A DNA stretch of 63,914 nucleotides, filler included, from Cercozoa sp. M6MM (Eukaryota > Protista > Endomyxa: Ascetosporea): NCBI GenBank assembly GCA_040357565.1. It is 13 parts of 13 records of this genome, joined end to end, with 100 filler letters (N's around TTAATTAATTAA, not from the genome) between each part and the next. Parts side by side here need not be neighbours in the genome. Positions count along the whole stretch, not along the records: positions 21,786 to 36,534 come from JBDODJ010000323.1; positions 36,635 to 42,743 come from JBDODJ010000788.1; 11 more parts are not named here. The stretch is one strand, 5' to 3'. Under the pieces are notes generated by a model. That model was not told where the DNA came from. It did not search any database and saw nothing but the letters and a program-made list of their open reading frames with translations. The stretch's first letter is position 1, and the number at the start of each line of letters is the position of its first letter. The position numbers and the translations under genes are program-made. Below are positions 27,586-40,438 of this stretch, piece after piece.

Positions 27586-30500
27586 AGAGTAGACAGTGTG
27601 TGGACATACAAGGACGTAGTCGTCCTCCTTGGCGTCACTCACTTCGACTACATTGACTGCCGGTCGGTAGACGAGTTTGTTGGGTGCCACCTCTTGCTCA
27701 CTGTGGTCACAGCACACACACACACCTGGTGATTTGGGGGACACGGAAAGATACCAGAAAAGACAGGGTACCCGCGGAGCAGGACCAGTGCGACATAGCA
27801 CTGCTTGGGAGCGACCACTCGAGCCAGCACGTGCTGCTGTGCATGCACGCGGAAGCGACTGCATCGACTCAGCGTCAGCGCCGTCTGCCACCGGTGTCGG
27901 AACACGGGAGAAACGCCGAGGTCGCGCTGTCCGCGCGGAGCATCGGCGGCAGGCGCCTGCACCAGCGTGCGCAGTCCAAACGGAATCGTCGAAAACACGC
28001 GCAGTGAGAAACCGAGATCACTACGATACAGGTAGCACGTGCCAAGTGACCAGTTCGTGAGTGGCCACGCAAGTGCTCACACTGACTGAGTGGGTGGACC
28101 ACGTGGCAAAGGCTACCGAGTCTTCTTGAGCTGCGACATGACGATGGTGAAGCTGCCGCTGCCATCGTCGTCGCCGCCCACGAAGCGCAGTTGTCTGGGA
28201 GGGGGTAAGGGGTAGGTGGGTAAGGGAGTAGGAGGCAGGGAATAAAGAAGGTAAAGGGTATGGGGGCACACCTGTCCAGGTCGAAGCGTAGCAGGTACTC
28301 GGGAGAGTTGATGTAGACGCCGTTGATGAGAGGAGTGCGACGCAGGATGACACGCCTGTCACGACAAGGTTGTTGGCCGAACAGGTGCAGTGTCAGGTAG
28401 TCCTGCTCCTCCTCCTGCCGCTCCGTTGTCATGCTGTATGGGAGGGGGGTAAACGGGGGGGGAGTAAACAGAAGGATAAAAATGGTCACCTCTGCTGCCG
28501 ATGCTTGCAGAGCAGAATCCAACACTGCGCCGTCTCACTGGGCGGCCACTTTTTTGGGTGCTACAACAACGCAGCCTTAACAAAGTCCACACAGCCCCCT
28601 TCACAAAACAAAGAGAGAGTAAGTTCTGACTACACTGAACTTGAGTTCGAACTGCGGATTGTCGGCGAGTGACAACTGATCGTTCTGCGGACCCTACAGA
28701 GCACCCCGAGTCAATTTGGGTACCACATACCACGTGTCCCACTGCGTGAGCGCTGGCACGTGCCAACTGGGAGGGAGTATGACTGAACTACCTGCACACG
28801 TGGCCACCAGGTGTGCGTGCTGCGGCGGAAGCGAAACAAATCGGGATTCCAGTTGAAACTCGCCGATGTGAAGTGCTGCAGGGCTACAAGTCCATTTGTA
28901 CAGGTCCGTTTGTACAGGACCATTTGTACAGGTACAGTACATGTGCAGTACAGGTCCATTTGTACAATACAGGAGTACAAGTGAAGTACCGTCCTGCCAG
29001 CACATCCAGAAGACGCCATTGTCGAGCGACTGCGCGCGCACTGGGTCGTACCGGAGACGTCTGGACAGCAGACCTCCGTCAGCCTGCCAGCCCACCAGGT
29101 CGCGCTGCGAGTACCGGCCCGTCCACGAACGTCGCGACCACGGATTCTTCACCAGCAGCAGTCGCAGCCTCGTGTCTCTCACCTGCACCTGTGTAGGGGG
29201 TGGGGGGGGGGGGTAAACAGGGGAGTAAACAGAGGGGTAAAGTAGAGCACCTCCTCAGTGCGCAGGATAGCGTAGGCATGCTGCGTGACGAGTCCCAGCG
29301 ACTGCTCTTCCGAGGCTGACATTGCCCTGGACGACAAGGTCACCAGACAGTCACCATGTGCCAATCCTCCGTGCAGACGGTCCCAGATCCTCTCGTGCGG
29401 CTGCGACGTCTGCGGGGGGGGGGGGGGCCCAGGGGGGTAAACAGGGGGGTAAACACGAGAAACAGGGGGTAAGTGCCTCGTCATGGAAGGACATGCGCTC
29501 GGGTAGCCAGCCCGTGAGCACGTGCGCATCGTGCGCCGACGTGCTGCCCGGGAAGTCAAAGTCGCCGCCCATGGCCTTGATGAAGGCCTTCTCCAGCAGC
29601 GACACCCACAGTGCGTCCTCGCAGCCCAGAGCCACCTGCGCCGACGTCGTGGCCTGCGCACGTGCCAACCCAGTAAGCACATGCCAATCCAGTGAGCACG
29701 TGAGCCAGTGGGCACGTGACCCAGTGGGCACGTGACCCAGTGAACCTACCGGTGACCGCGCGTAGGAGCACAAGAGACGACCGTGCGAATCCGCCGGCAG
29801 ACGGTCGTCGATGTCGATGCGTCGCCAGACTCCGTTCAGTTGCAGTTTGATCACATAGTGACCACTCGGCGACACCGTCTGCCACGTGCTTCAGTTTGAC
29901 CCCCCTACCCCTTTCCCCCCCCCCCCCAGTGTGCAAATGCTACAGGTCGACCCTGTGCGTCCTGCGGAAAGATCAGTCGCGAAATCAGCGGCCGTCGGTG
30001 CAGTCGCTCGTGCTGTGCTGCACATGCCTACAGGGGGGTAACGGAGGGTAGGGTGGGTAGGAGTTGGGTAGGAGTAAAGGTACCAGTGACGACACCAATG
30101 AGCAATCGCCCACAACGGTCTGTTTCACGTCGAACGGCGACACACCTCGCGATGGCACTACCGTCTGCAAAGCACAGGGATTTCGAAACAAAGCAAAGCA
30201 GTTTCACCAATTTCGAAACAAAGCAAAGCAGTTTCAAAACAAAGCAAGCCGTTTCAAGGTAAAAGCGAAAATTTCGAAAATTTCGAAACAAAGCTGTTTC
30301 GTAAAGCTTTGTCAAAAAAGAAGAGCGAAAGCACGGTAGCACGCGGACGTCGCCAGGCCTTGAAGAGTTCCTTCTGCTCGGGCGCGAGTCGAGGCAGCCC
30401 GTCCTTGTCCTTCCAGCGGTCGCCCTCTCCCTCACCGCGAAAGGCGGCGTCCACACGCTGCATCCACGGCATGAAGAGCAGTCCGTTGAAGGAGGAGGAG

Positions 30501-31103
30501 CGACGCAGCACGTCCAACTCGGCGGCGCTGTACTCGCTCGCACTCGGTGTCGAAGCTGCTGAAGCAACTGGCGAAGCAACTGGCGAAGCAACTGGCGAAG
30601 CAACTGGCGAAGCAACCGGCGAAGCAACTGAAGCAACACTCGGCATGGAGGTGTTGCGATCACTGTCCTTTCGACTGGACTGAGTTCTCGGACGACTTTT
30701 GGGAAGACTCGTGCTGCGAGAGACTCGGTGTGACGGTGCATCCGGCAGATTCAGCAACGAATCCGCCGGTGTTTCGCTTTGCGACTGCCGTTGCTTCTGC
30801 AGCGTCTCTGCACGCGTGAGCAGGTCGCCTGCACGGCGCGAAAGGGAGTGAAATACCACTGAAAAACATCGAATTTGGTCCAAACAAACCGAGCAGAGAC
30901 TCCAATTCGCGTTTCTTCGTCGCGTTCTGCTCGAGCTTGCGGGCGCGCATCAACGACGCCAGCGCTTGCTTCAGCGACGCCAGTGCCGCCGCGCTGTCAC
31001 CTGAACAACACGCGAAACTACGTGATAATGCCTTGCTGAAATAAAGAAAGACCTCTACCGGCCCGATCGGCACGCTGGGCTTGTCGCACGTGCCGCATGC
31101 CAT
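27157..31103 (-). CDS. CAPN7: Calpain-7/PalB-like protease (MIT, CysPc, C2-like)
   Basis: MIT-like helices (DLLTRAETLQK); QTVVGDCSLVSSL (catalytic Cys), LNGVWRRIDIDDRLP, LWVSLLEKAFIKAMGGDFDFPGS, HAYAIL (His), KNPW (Asn); NGVYINSPEYL. Confidence 0.93.
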
Positions 31104-31676
31104 CGTCGTACAGTCGACGCAGCATCACGGAAAACACTCACGACTCACGAGTCGAAAGTGCACTTGAAACGATCACTTTTATGCTGCTCTAAGCTGTGTT
31201 TATCATATCTAGCACACGCATGCACCTATCAGAACCAGTCGATCTGAGAACAACTTAAGAATAATAGTCCTGAGTATGAAAACTGCATTATTCTTGGGCG
31301 GCTGGTTCCCGTTCGCCGTTCTGCGTTGTTGGCTTCCTGGCTTTGCTGTGGCTTGTGGCAGAACAACTTTGTTGCTCAGGTACCTTGTTGAATTGTTGAT
31401 TGGCGGCCTCAAATCCTGTGGTGGTCAGACTTGTCAGTTGTTCGCATTAATTTATCCTGTACAAGTAGCTCATGGCTACACGACGCAGGCGATGGATTAA
31501 TAGCAAGAAGAAGGAAGGAAGAGTGTGTCGTGAAATCAAGGTACCGTTTGCAACGTGAGAAAATCGGGTACCATTTGCAACAAGCGACCGTTGATCGCAA
31601 AAGTGGCGAATCTTGCAACCGCCGTTGCAACTCTCCATCGAGTTCCGCAGTTGTGTGACTTTTTGCAATTAGTTTC

Positions 31677-34600
31677 ATGCTTCTTGCAGCACTAGCCACA
31701 CTGTGTGCGGTAGCACAAGCCTCCACGGTCGATGTGACCGTGACTGATCTGGGAGAGGTTGCTGACGGCGGCATCGCTGTCAGTGAGTTGTGCCACGTGT
31801 CTCCCCACTGAGAGGATCTTTGCAGTGGTCCTCTTTCTCGTTTTTCATTTGTGATACTTGCGCAGGCTTCACTGCAACGGTCACTCAAGTCAGTGCTGTG
31901 ACACTCGACTTCTCTATCCTGGCTTGCCACAAGAGCCTCTACGATGGTGTTCCTTCTGAGGTACCAAGACACGTATTGAGATGCATTCTTTTTGACTCCT
32001 TTTCTGCAGTGCGAAGAAGTCGCACTTACCGCTCCCTCGGATATTATGGACGTCAACTTCTCGCCGGGTGAGTATTCGTTGACACAACTGGTCTACTTTG
32101 ACGACTACCCGACGCGCCAATACATCTTTGCCTCGATCACCGTTGATGGAGAACTGGACCCGACAGACAAGACTATGGCTCAGCCCTTCACGGAGTACTG
32201 CAGTCCCTACGGTAGCTTCACATTCTCCTTTATCCAAGGAGTGCAGTTGAGATGCATATCCCTCCAGGCATCGACCACGACGATGTGTGCAACACGGCTC
32301 CCATGACAGGCGAGCCCTACTACATGTTCTACCAGTTGTCGGACCCGAACTCGCCTGTCCTATCCCTGGTGGCACAAGACCTGGACACTGAGTTCCGCGT
32401 GGACTGCGGTGGCCACTACACCTTCGCTAAGGGCGTGGTCTCGGTGCTCAAGAGCAGCCCGATGCAGCAGTGTTCGATCGTGGTTCTTCAGAACAACTTC
32501 ACCATCAATGACGATACTCGTATGATGGTACCCGACCTTCCTCCCCTACTTTCCTCCCCTCCCTCCCAGTTATACTGGTGTGTATATACTTTGGGCACTG
32601 TAGACACCCGAGACAGCCCTGGAACCGAGCTACTTCATCGATGTCGCCGATGCCGACGGTTCGATCGAACTGGCCACCGGGCGTATTGAAGACTCTTCGA
32701 ACACACTCAAGGCGACGCTGCGTATGCGAGGTGACACCGTTGGCTCACGTGCGGTGCTGGTCAAGGACAACACGGTGATCGCCTTTGTCCAGTTCGAGGC
32801 CTACGGCACCTACACAGTGACACTGTCGGAGGAGGTCGCCATGGCACCCGACAGTCTGACCGTGACGGTGTACACCGAGTACGTGCAGGTGCCGACCCAA
32901 TACACACTGGACACGACGCAGGTGCGCGACGTCAGTCTGGCCAGCGGCGAGTACTGCCTGCTGGACAAGAGCGAGTGCAACCTCTCCAAGCAGGACTCGC
33001 TGATCGACGGCTGGCCCATCCGTATCGCCGACGTCATTGTCGAAGGCGTCATCGTGGAGAACGAGCTGTCGTTCCACGTCAAGCTGAGCGACGAGACCTT
33101 CCTGGCCGAGTTGTCGCCGCTGTCGCTCAACTTCCTGTCGTCCTCCGCGGTCGACGGTGACTACGGCAGCGTCGGCGGCGTCGTCTCTGTGTCCAAGGGC
33201 TACGCCGAGTGCGGCTTTGTCTTTGAAGAAACCCAGGAAATGTTCGGCGACTGGGACATTGAGGTCTTCTTTGGCGTCTGTCTCGACAAGGAGTGCAGCC
33301 GCATCTCTGGTGCCTGCTGTTGTTCGTTATGCTAGTATATGTTTGTGAAGTATGGTTATATATATTTATACCATGTAAATTTATTTTTTTCTATGTATAA
33401 ATGTACATGTATAACCTTGTAGGCGCGAACTCGCCGACGTCGTTCCGGTACCGACTCAACATGAATGAGACGCACGACCCGGACTTCCTCTATGACGTGG
33501 GAGGACGCAACATGAGCGACCTGCACCTGGACGGTCTGTACTTCTCGCCGATGCCGATGGACGAGTCGACGGGTGTGCTGCCGGTGCATGTCATGGTGAC
33601 CAACGACTTCAACTTCGGACAGGTGCGCCGTCTGCAGATCGACTGCACGCGTCGCGACGACGGCAAGCAGTTCTCCATGTGGCGCGACGTCTTCTTCTAC
33701 GCGTACGAGCGACGCGTGCTGGAGTGGGACGGCATCATTGTCGACGACCAGGACAGCTCGCTCTCGTGGCACATTGTCGAGTGCACGGCCACGATGACTC
33801 GCTCCTTTGGCGGACCCTTCAATGTCGAGACAGTCACGGCCTCGTCGACCTACTACATCTGCGGTCAGGATCAGGCCTACGACGAGAACACTGACACCTG
33901 CGTGGCCTCGCCGGGCAGTGGCTACCCTCCATCCTTCCCATTGCTCATTGAGTAATCCTTTCCTGCCTCTGTCTTTTTGCTTGACTGTGCTCTCTACACA
34001 TTGTTGCTGCTGCAGCTTTGACGCCGAGATGTACATGATGGACGTGTGGGCGGGCCAGGTGTCGTTCCGACTGAGCGTGCGCCACTCGAACCTCTTCCCC
34101 GCGCTCGTGCAGTACAAACCGACGTCGTGCTGCATCACTCGCAAGGCGCCAGTACGCGAACCTTTTGGCCCGCGCCTCGACGAAGTGGCACTGCCCGAGT
34201 GCGAGATCGAACTGCGCGACGGAGATCTCGTGTACACCGACACTGGCGACAGTTACGCCGTGGGATACGATGTCTGGACTCCCTTCGTCAAGGGCAGTCA
34301 GCCGGCGCACGAGGAGGTACTTGTCGTTCAGGCTGCCGACCAGACTGGGGTACCACATCCATGCACACATACGTCTAGCAGATATACAGTGTACATTTCT
34401 GTATAGTGCTATGTGTTCTGTGTTAATAATTTCTCATGTGGACAGCGAGCCACTGGTACCAGTACGACGACGCTGGGACTGAACCTGCTGACGTGGCAGT
34501 TCGGCGAGTGTCGTTTCGAAGTGCGCAACCAGTTTGACGAGGTCGTGCGCGACATTCCGGTGCGCTGGAACACGACGACGCTGCTGGAGAACAAGCCGGA

Positions 34601-35411
34601 CGACACGTGGCAGGACCGTGTCTACATGGACTACATGAACTACGAGATCGGCACACCGGAGATGATGGGCGACAACCTGCTGATCCACGATGTTAGTCTC
34701 TACAACGCCTTCGCCTACGGCGAGTTCGGACGCTTCCTGCTGGACTGCGAGATCACAGACAGCGTGCGCGACTTCGAGGTTACCACGCAGAGCTTCGTGG
34801 GCGACTGGTTCCCGCTGCCGGGCCGCCGGCGCAACTACCTCGTCTCCGGTCTCGGTCAGACCAGCATCGAGCTGGCAGGACTCGCGCGAACCGACGGCAA
34901 CTGTGCGCTGCGAGTGCAGGTGCGCGACATCGTCATGCCGCAGCAGATCAACCTCAAGCTCTTTGCCTACTCGTGCGGCAAGGGCGCTTACTTTGACTAC
35001 CTGATCCACGACTGCACCTCCATGTACGTCTCCATCGCCGACCTCGTTGCTGTACTCCTTGCTTCTCTCAGTGCATTTATCGAGATAAATAATTGTATGA
35101 GACATGTAGCCTCTCAACTGCGTCAATGGCTACGTCTCCGGCGGCGTTTGTAAGGTATGTAGATAACAATATAATTTATAGATCTATATATATGTATATA
35201 TACATGCATGTATGTTGATTTGTCTAGTGCGACTACTACTACAAGAACGATCCGGAGCTGGCGCACCGCGAGGAGGGCAACGCCTGGTGCACCGTCAAGG
35301 CCGATCGGTACGACGGCATCAAACCTACCACCACCGATAAGCCTTCCGACTTCCTCGATGATATCATGAACAAGTCGGACGATGTACCCTGTCTTTACTC
35401 CTCTCTCTCTC

Positions 35412-35446
<35 letters not shown>

Positions 35447-35776
35447 TGTATGTATGTGTCTCTATTGTATGTATGTGTGATAATGTTCGCCTGGTGCAAT
35501 CAGATGGACAAGGCCCAAGTAAAGAAGGCCAAGGACATGGCGGCCTTCCTGGCCATCGTGTTCTCGGTGCTCTCAGTGGCCTTCCTGCTCGGCGGTTTCC
35601 TATTGTGGCGTCGCTACAAGAAGAAGAAGCAGCACGGCGGTCAGAGCAAGGGGCCGCTCACCGACCTCGACGTCGAGGACATCGTCGAGGACATTGCGCT
35701 GCACGAGCTGACCACTGAGAGCAGTCCCAGCAACACCACCACGGCCAGTCACCTGACTGAAGCCGCGCTCGTCTAA
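31677..35776 (+). CDS. Large acidic type I membrane/surface protein with a membrane-proximal EGF-like module
   Basis: Signal MLLAALATLCAVAQA; long beta-rich acidic exons; CVNGYVSGGVCK|CDYYY..WC; TM segment FLAIVFSVLSVAFLLGGFLLW followed by RRYKKKK; stop 35776. Confidence 0.75.
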
Positions 35777-36335
35777 CCATTTGCTTCACGGCTTCACCTC
35801 GCCTCTTCCCGTCAATGAAAGCGGAGCAGATCTCCCTCCTTCCGGACCGACCGACTGCACTCCCAGGGAGAGCCAAAAACGCGTTGTGCCTGTCCACTTT
35901 CGCGGCACTGAACACCAAGCGTCTTCACACGGTCCTACACGACACGTCAAGTCACGTCATAACATACAATAACGATTAACACTACGCTAGTATCGTAAAT
36001 TATACTTACTGTACTTCGTTGTTAACCCGACTAACAGTAAAACTTACATTAACAAATGATCTATTTCATTAACAAAGGAATTAGTAGCAGCCTCCGTCAT
36101 CTCGACTATTTTCACATGCTGCTCATTCATATTGGAGAGTACTCAGGCATCGCGGTACTTATACTTAAAGGAAACAACACCGACATAGACAAATCAGGAC
36201 AGGGCATACGAGCCTAACTTTACACAAAGTACTGTAGCCGAATGAAACAGTATAAACAGTATCCTAGGACGACGGCGTCTTTGCTTAGCAATGCTGTTAG
36301 TACAATGAAGGACACCAAAGGGAGGTCAGACCGTC

Positions 36336-36534
36336 TCACAGCTTCTCCAGGAACTCCTGGAAGAGCGGCGATCGCTTGAAGCGCCGGAAGCTGTCGTTTT
36401 CGATGAGAGCGAGAACCTCCTCAGCGGCGGCGCAGAACAAATCGCGGTGCAGCAGCAAGTTGTCGCACTTGTGCACAATCTCGAGGCGCTCGCTGTCCTT
36501 GATGTTGACCTCGCGCAGCGAATCGGTCGAGATG
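36336..36534 (-). CDS. RGS domain, C-terminal fragment
   Basis: DSLREVNIKDSERLEI..DLFCAAAEEVLALIENDSFRRFKRSPLFQEFLEKL* matches the RGS box end (EVNI..F..A..EV..L.E.DSF.RF..S..F). Confidence 0.85.
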
Positions 36535-36634
36535 NNNNNNNNNNNNNNNNNNNNNNNNNNNNNNNNNNNNNNNNNNNNTTAATTAATTAANNNNNNNNNN
36601 NNNNNNNNNNNNNNNNNNNNNNNNNNNNNNNNNN

Positions 36635-36682
<48 letters not shown>

Positions 36683-38161
36683 GGAGTAGGAAGAAAACAC
36701 ACCCCTCGAAAGAAGTGGCCAGCCCAGTCACCGAGTGGTGCACCAGCGAGTAGGTGCCCTTGAGCAGTGCCCCACCCTGCCAAGTATGACGATAAGTAGA
36801 GGCGAGGGGGGGGGGGGTAAACAATCGCAGTACCAAGGTGTGCGGACGGGAGGCCGCCGACAACGGCTCGTGGAAGAAGGCGTAGACACCCGCGCCCACT
36901 GCCATAGGAGAGGCGATAAGGATAAGAGGGTAGGCAGGAAAGGAAAGTACCCGAATTGACCAGTGCACGTGGGTTGCCCAGCGCTCCCGCACTGCCAAGC
37001 AGACTGAGTGCCTGCGCAGAAAAAGCAAGTCCTCGTATATATGTATGTATAGATATATATATATATATACATATGTGTGTGTACCTGTGCTGACACTTCG
37101 TCGGCGAAGTGTTCCTTTAGCAGCGCCGCCAGCGCCGCCATCGTCATCTCGGCGCGTCTGTTCCACAACACACACTCACACTCACACATACACATACCAT
37201 AAGCACACATGCCATAAGCACACATGCTATATGCACAAGCCAATATGACAGGTCGGAACGGTCGTTGGACAGGCCGAAAGGAAGTATGATACCGTCGCGC
37301 GACACCGCTCAGTTTGAGTCGACCGTCCGAGACCTCGCTCAGCGCGAGTCCCAGCTGCGCACGACGGCCCTTGCTGCGTCTGCACAAGCACACAGAGCAT
37401 ATACCCTGCCCTCCCCTCTCTACACGGAGTCACTTACCGCGTGTGACGGAAGGACAGGCGCAGTCGAACGTCGCTCATCTCGAGCAGGTCGATTCGCAAC
37501 TGCACATGGGGGGGGGGGGGAGTAGGGAAACATACAGAAAGGACTACGAAGCAAAGTGTACCATGTCACCCGGCCCACTTTGCGCCCTCACTTGCCAAGC
37601 GTCTGACCATTCACACACACAGACATGATACAATGGGTGTGTGGAGGGGGTAAACTCACCGGCCAGATGAGCAAAGGCCTGCTGCAACTCAAAGATCGCT
37701 TCGTCGTCCAGTGTCACCACGGCCGTTCTTTGCACATGAAAGACACCGCCTTAACTGCAAAAAAACCCCAAGAGGCTGCTTGTAAGGTACCCAACAGAGC
37801 AACCCAGGAAGGGCAGGTAACCGCCTTGTTTCTGTACAGTGTGGGAAGAGGTGCACGCTGAGAAGAAGGCCTAGACAGACAGGGTACCGGCACGGCACGG
37901 TGCACACAACGCAGCTGCAGGAACGGCCCCTCACTGCATGGAGAAAGTATAGATAGATATATATACATATATATATATATAGATATATATATATATATAT
38001 GGAATAGGGACGGCAGGGGGAGTTAAGTGAAACGCGTACTTTGGCAAGGAGCGAAGCAACGTCGGAAAGCGACGCGACTTTTCGGGGGCCAATCCAGAGT
38101 CCTGCAACGACACACGTGCACATATACAATCACTCCTGCCTGCCTGTGTGTGCGTGTGTGT

Positions 38162-38215
<54 letters not shown>

Positions 38216-38601
38216 TTGCACGGCATCGACGGCACACTCGGTCAGTGTGGCACCTGTGCATACACTTGGATGTACATATCACCTCGCGGGGGTCAACGGC
38301 TACCACAGTAGGTCAGCGCGAGCAGTCGCCAGGCGACGTTGCGCATCGACAACAGCACCACCTCGCCCGCGACGGTTTCCTCCGCCGGCACCGACGGTTC
38401 CGATCCACGCCTTGACCCCCGTCTGGAGGAGGGAACACGTGCGCCGCCAGTGCTGATGCCACCGTCGGTGACCAGTGACACCGCCAGCAGAGGCACCGAC
38501 ACCGTCAATTCCACGCGGTGACTCGTGCGTCGCGTGCCCGCTGCCGACTCGGCCTCGTCAAAGTCGATCTGCCGCTCCTGCTGCCAGTCCTGCACACGCA
38601 C

Positions 38602-38635
<34 letters not shown>

Positions 38636-38660
38636 TACACATGCGTACATCGTACACTTG

Positions 38661-38713
<53 letters not shown>

Positions 38714-40373
38714 CAGCCTACATCCTGCTGTGCAATGTCCAACAAGGACGCGTTCAGACCTGCACAAGGAGCAACGTAGGGGGTGGTAAAGGGTGGGATG
38801 GAGAGGCAGACCCGTGTCCGGCCGACTGCGCGAAACCTTAACAACGCGCGCAAATCCGCGTCGCGTCACTGTCACGTGGTACCTCTCACTGTGCACATAC
38901 CCACTCAGTCACTCAGTCACCCAGTCACACAAGGCACACGTGTCCGCATACCCGCGGAGTGACAGCGACGACACGGCACCCAGGTCGTCGGGCGACACGA
39001 CACATGTGCCCTCTGTGCAAAGCGTGTGTATGTGTCCATTTGGACCGACCACAGAGACGTTAGCAAGAGAGTGCGTGATACGATGTGGTCGCCGACCCAG
39101 TCGAAGTGCCAGCTTAAGCGGACGCGGCCTAGTAAGACAGATGGGGATACGGGGGACGGGGGGGGGGGGGGGGTAAAGTGAAGTTACATCGTAGGTTCGT
39201 GCCACGCGAAAGCGCACTCGGCCTTGGGCGCCAGTACCTATGCTCAGGATAAAGCCTACTCGTACCTTCCCAATCCCAATGTGTCTTGCCTAAAGGTACC
39301 TCGTAGTTGCGCGGGCGGACCCACTCGGGTGCCGGGATGCCCTTGACCAGCTGCGCGAATGCTAGCGGCAGACTCGTCTCGTTGCGAATGATCACCTGTC
39401 AGCACAGTCAGTCAGACATCAACACACAGCAGCAGGCGTGCAGAATACATCAGCGTCAGTGAGCGACGGTGTCGCCGATCGCAGCGTCACCGTCCTATTC
39501 GATCAGTATACAACATGCACACGACAGAGCGTATGAAACACTGTACATCGAGGATCCGACACGCTCAATGTTGACGCGCACATAGTCTGCGCACACACAT
39601 GAACAGTCAGACATGACACACACACGCACACACACATACACAGCAGAGGACATTGACTGTGTGAGTGGTATGCTTACATGGCACGGAATGCGGAACCGGC
39701 AATGTGAAGGACGCCGGTCTGTTCATAGAATGTCGATGGAGAAGGGGATCTTTAAAGATACTACGGAATTCCAGAAGCTACGTGTCGATCGGAAAGGCGC
39801 CGCTGTAGTCCTCGGCGCCTTCGAGTGCCGCCTGCACCAGCAACACCTGTCCACCGCACGGCCACGTCCACATACGCTGCTCGCCTTCACACAACTGCAC
39901 ACACACAGAGTGAATGAGGAGCATCATGGCCAACAAACAAGGAGCTACCCTCATGGGCTCGTTGGACGCGATCTGACGCAGAAGAATCGGTCGCTTGATC
40001 TCACTTCGCACCTAGAGAGAACAAGCGAGGGATGCGCAGGCTTAAAGAGGTTAGGAAATGAAGCGAGTACAATGAAACGCGGTGCGAAACGAACACGGCG
40101 AATATCGACATTGTCCAACTCCGACTCCACACTACGAGTCGCGTAAACTAAGAGAATAAAGGAAGTAAAGTGAAGTTTAAAATACCCAGGCAACAAAGCA
40201 GTGTTCTCGACAATACTCTCGGCCACCAGATCGACTCGTCTGCCTCCAGGCGTACGCAGCTGCAGAGTACCTCTGCACTCAAACCACATAGTACCCAGCC
40301 CATACCCAACAGAGCAAGTGTATTGTGTGTGTGTGTGTGTGTGCGTGCGTGCGAGACAGACAGACAGACAGAC

Positions 40374-40438
<65 letters not shown>

